A stretch of 14,222 bases of DNA from a bacterium ADurb.Bin157 (GTDB taxonomy: Bacteria; Muiribacteriota; Ozemobacteria; Ozemobacterales; Ozemobacteraceae), in the NCBI GenBank assembly GCA_002070375.1, contig MWDD01000061.1:1-14222 (forward strand), in the 5' to 3' direction. The notes beneath the pieces are model-generated. The model searched no databases. It had not been told where the DNA came from and saw only the letters and a list, made by a program, of their open reading frames with translations. The position numbers and the translations under genes are program-made. Each line of letters begins with the position of its first letter. Position 1 is the first letter of the stretch. This document shows, one piece after another, positions 12,627-14,222 of the stretch.

Positions 12627-14222
12627 TTACTTAGAGCGTTCGTCGAGGATATTCAGAATTTCTTTGCAGCAGGTTTCTGCTCTGAGTTTCATTGATTCGG
12701 CTTCTTGTAAGGTTTCTGACTTGAATTTTTCGTCTTTGATATCTTTCATGTTAATTAAAACATTTTGATATGCGCCCCAGATGCCAAGTTCAAGTGATCT
12801 TGCGCCAACCTGAAGGTCTGATTTTGAAGCTATATTGCAGCAGTTTGCGCATTCCTTCATCATTTCCCAGGCTCTGTCGCCCAATCGCATAGTGTTTAAG
12901 GGTACATTGATGGCCTTTTTAAGGCCTTCCTGCATTTGTTCAAATCTGCGAGCTTTTTCTGCTTCGGTTTTTTGAGGCAGTCGCATGGCTTCTACATAGT
13001 CGTTGAATGCATTTGTATCAGCGTCTATCATAGGAATAAGGCCCATGGTGGTGTTGTGCAAAACGGGTATGATTTTGCGCAAAGCATTTTCGTGTTCTTC
13101 AAATTTTCTGACGCCGTATGTCAGTTTTGAAACCATGGCGCCTAACCCTGACCCTATGGCTCCGATCGCTGCTGAGGCGCTTCCGCCGCCCGGTGCCGAG
13201 GTTCGGGCATTTATGGTTTCGATAAACTTGCGTGTGCTCATGCTTGCGAGAGGTTCGTTCGGTTCTTCTTTTATAATGTAGTCAATTATGCGTTCTTTGG
13301 GCTTAAACTGCGATACTGAGCTTAAGCCCAAACGATCGATTACAAGTTTGATTTTTTGGTCTTCTTCCAAAATGAAGAGGTTTTCTTTTTCGATGTAGTA
13401 ATCAGCTGCTTTAAGCATGGGTTCTAAGGGAATAAGGCCTACAAGCTCTGAGCCTGCCACACCAACCTGAAGCTGTGCCGCTTCTTCCTTAACTGCTTCA
13501 AATACTTCGTGCGGAGCCGTTATATTGTAGTTGTTAAGGTTAAATGAGCATTGCGCCATATTATATTCATCAACAAACCAGCCTAAGCCTTTTAATTCTT
13601 TGAATCGACCGGGTTCACCGTCGCCTCTGCCTTGTTCTCTTAAGTTCAGAGCAATTCGGTGAGCTTGATTGTTGGTGCCCAAAATGTTCACATTATATGC
13701 TACCAAAAAGAATCTTGCGCCTGTAACGGTTGCGCCCCATTCGGGTACAAACTCGGCAGGCCCGTAATCGGGAGCCCATTCGGGCTGTTTGATTTTTTCA
13801 GATAAGCCTTCGTATTCGCCTTTGCGAATGTCGGGCAATTTTTTTCTGTAAGCTTTTTCTTGTGAGTGTTCATAAAGATACAAGGGGATTCCAAGCTCTT
13901 CAGATGCTCTTCGCGCAAATTCTTTAGATATTTCAACGCATTCTTCCATTGTTACGTTAGCTACAGGAACAAAAGGACAAACATCTAAAGCGCCCATTCG
14001 AGGGTGTTCGCCATGTTGGGTGCGCATGTCAATTTTGGCTCGTGCTGTTCTGCAAGCTGAAAGCGCGCCCTCTATTATAGATTCGGGATCGCCGACAAAG
14101 GTGTATACAGTGCGATTTGTTGATTTGCCTGGGTCAACATCGAGCAGAGTAACGCCTTTTACGCTTTTAATCGAATCGGCTATGGCACTTATAACCTCTT
14201 GGTTTCGGCCTTCAGAAAAGTT
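12627..14222 (-). CDS. ftcD: Bifunctional glutamate formimidoyltransferase / formimidoyl-THF cyclodeaminase. It is partial: the N-terminus lies beyond the window end.
   Basis: 'HGEHPRMGALDVCPFVP' is the conserved formiminotransferase motif. The C-terminal half ('SAPGGGSASAAIGAIGSGLGAMVSKLT') is the cyclodeaminase domain. I translated 14028..14222 by hand: the frame stays open to the window edge and reads 'NFSEGRNQEVISAIADSI...GKSTNRTVYTFVGDPE', the canonical FTCD N-terminus. The ORF-track Met at 14027 is therefore internal. Confidence 0.85.
   Translation of the reverse strand, partial: NFSEGRNQEVISAIADSIKSVKGVTLLDVDPGKSTNRTVYTFVGDPESIIEGALSACRTARAKIDMRTQHGEHPRMGALDVCPFVPVANVTMEECVEISKEFARRASEELGIPLYLYEHSQEKAYRKKLPDIRKGEYEGLSEKIKQPEWAPDYGPAEFVPEWGATVTGARFFLVAYNVNILGTNNQAHRIALNLREQGRGDGEPGRFKELKGLGWFVDEYNMAQCSFNLNNYNITAPHEVFEAVKEEAAQLQVGVAGSELVGLIPLEPMLKAADYYIEKENLFILEEDQKIKLVIDRLGLSSVSQFKPKERIIDYIIKEEPNEPLASMSTRKFIETINARTSAPGGGSASAAIGAIGSGLGAMVSKLTYGVRKFEEHENALRKIIPVLHNTTMGLIPMIDADTNAFNDYVEAMRLPQKTEAEKARRFEQMQEGLKKAINVPLNTMRLGDRAWEMMKECANCCNIASKSDLQVGARSLELGIWGAYQNVLINMKDIKDEKFKSETLQEAESMKLRAETCCKEILNILDERSK

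Noticed and set aside
12936-13936. Three small ORFs (64, 92 and 78 aa) within ftcD.
   Set aside because: They are nested or antisense within a strongly conserved CDS.
1-14222. A search for CRISPR arrays, tRNA/rRNA genes and IS elements or terminal inverted repeats.
   Set aside because: I saw no regularly spaced direct repeats, no tRNA-like cloverleaf-sized conserved blocks, and no transposase- or integrase-like ORFs. The only repeats are the intragenic zinc-ribbon units and the short regulatory dyads already listed.

Overview
The window has about 40% GC and many genes carry GGAGG-type Shine-Dalgarno sites, so it is probably not from a Bacteroidetes-type genome; I cannot assign the organism. 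It is gene-dense and mostly minus-strand, with 13 or 14 supportable CDSs in three blocks. Block A (1..7232) carries envelope and repeat-protein genes: a 3'-truncated sulfatase/LTA-synthase-like membrane gene that is absent from the ORF track because it runs off the window edge; a HEAT-repeat protein fused to a polytopic membrane domain; a tiny 2-TM ORF coupled to a TPR plus CE4 polysaccharide-deacetylase lipoprotein; a translationally coupled ankyrin-repeat gene and soluble M48 metallopeptidase gene; and, divergent from these, an SPFH/band-7 protein fused to a Gly/Met-rich linker and three tandem zinc ribbons. Block B (7298..12481) looks like accessory or defence cargo. It holds an overlapping three-gene cassette of an XRE HTH regulator, an ImmA/IrrE (COG2856) HEXXH peptidase and a PIN-like (DUF4411-like) protein. 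Its promoter overlaps a 10-bp inverted-repeat operator and is divergent from a small VOC/glyoxalase-family gene. Next to it is a 980-aa MmeI-family type IIL restriction-modification enzyme. Block B is bounded by a bidirectional terminator (7251..7284) and a perfect 12-bp hairpin (12573..12601). Block C (12627..14222) is a bifunctional glutamate formimidoyltransferase/cyclodeaminase gene (ftcD) truncated by the window end; the ORF-track Met at 14027 is internal. I found no tRNA, rRNA, CRISPR array, integrase or transposase. The most interesting candidates are the XRE-ImmA-PIN cassette as a three-component toxin/abortive-infection-like module beside the type IIL RM enzyme, and the ankyrin-M48 coupled pair divergent from the SPFH-zinc-ribbon fusion.
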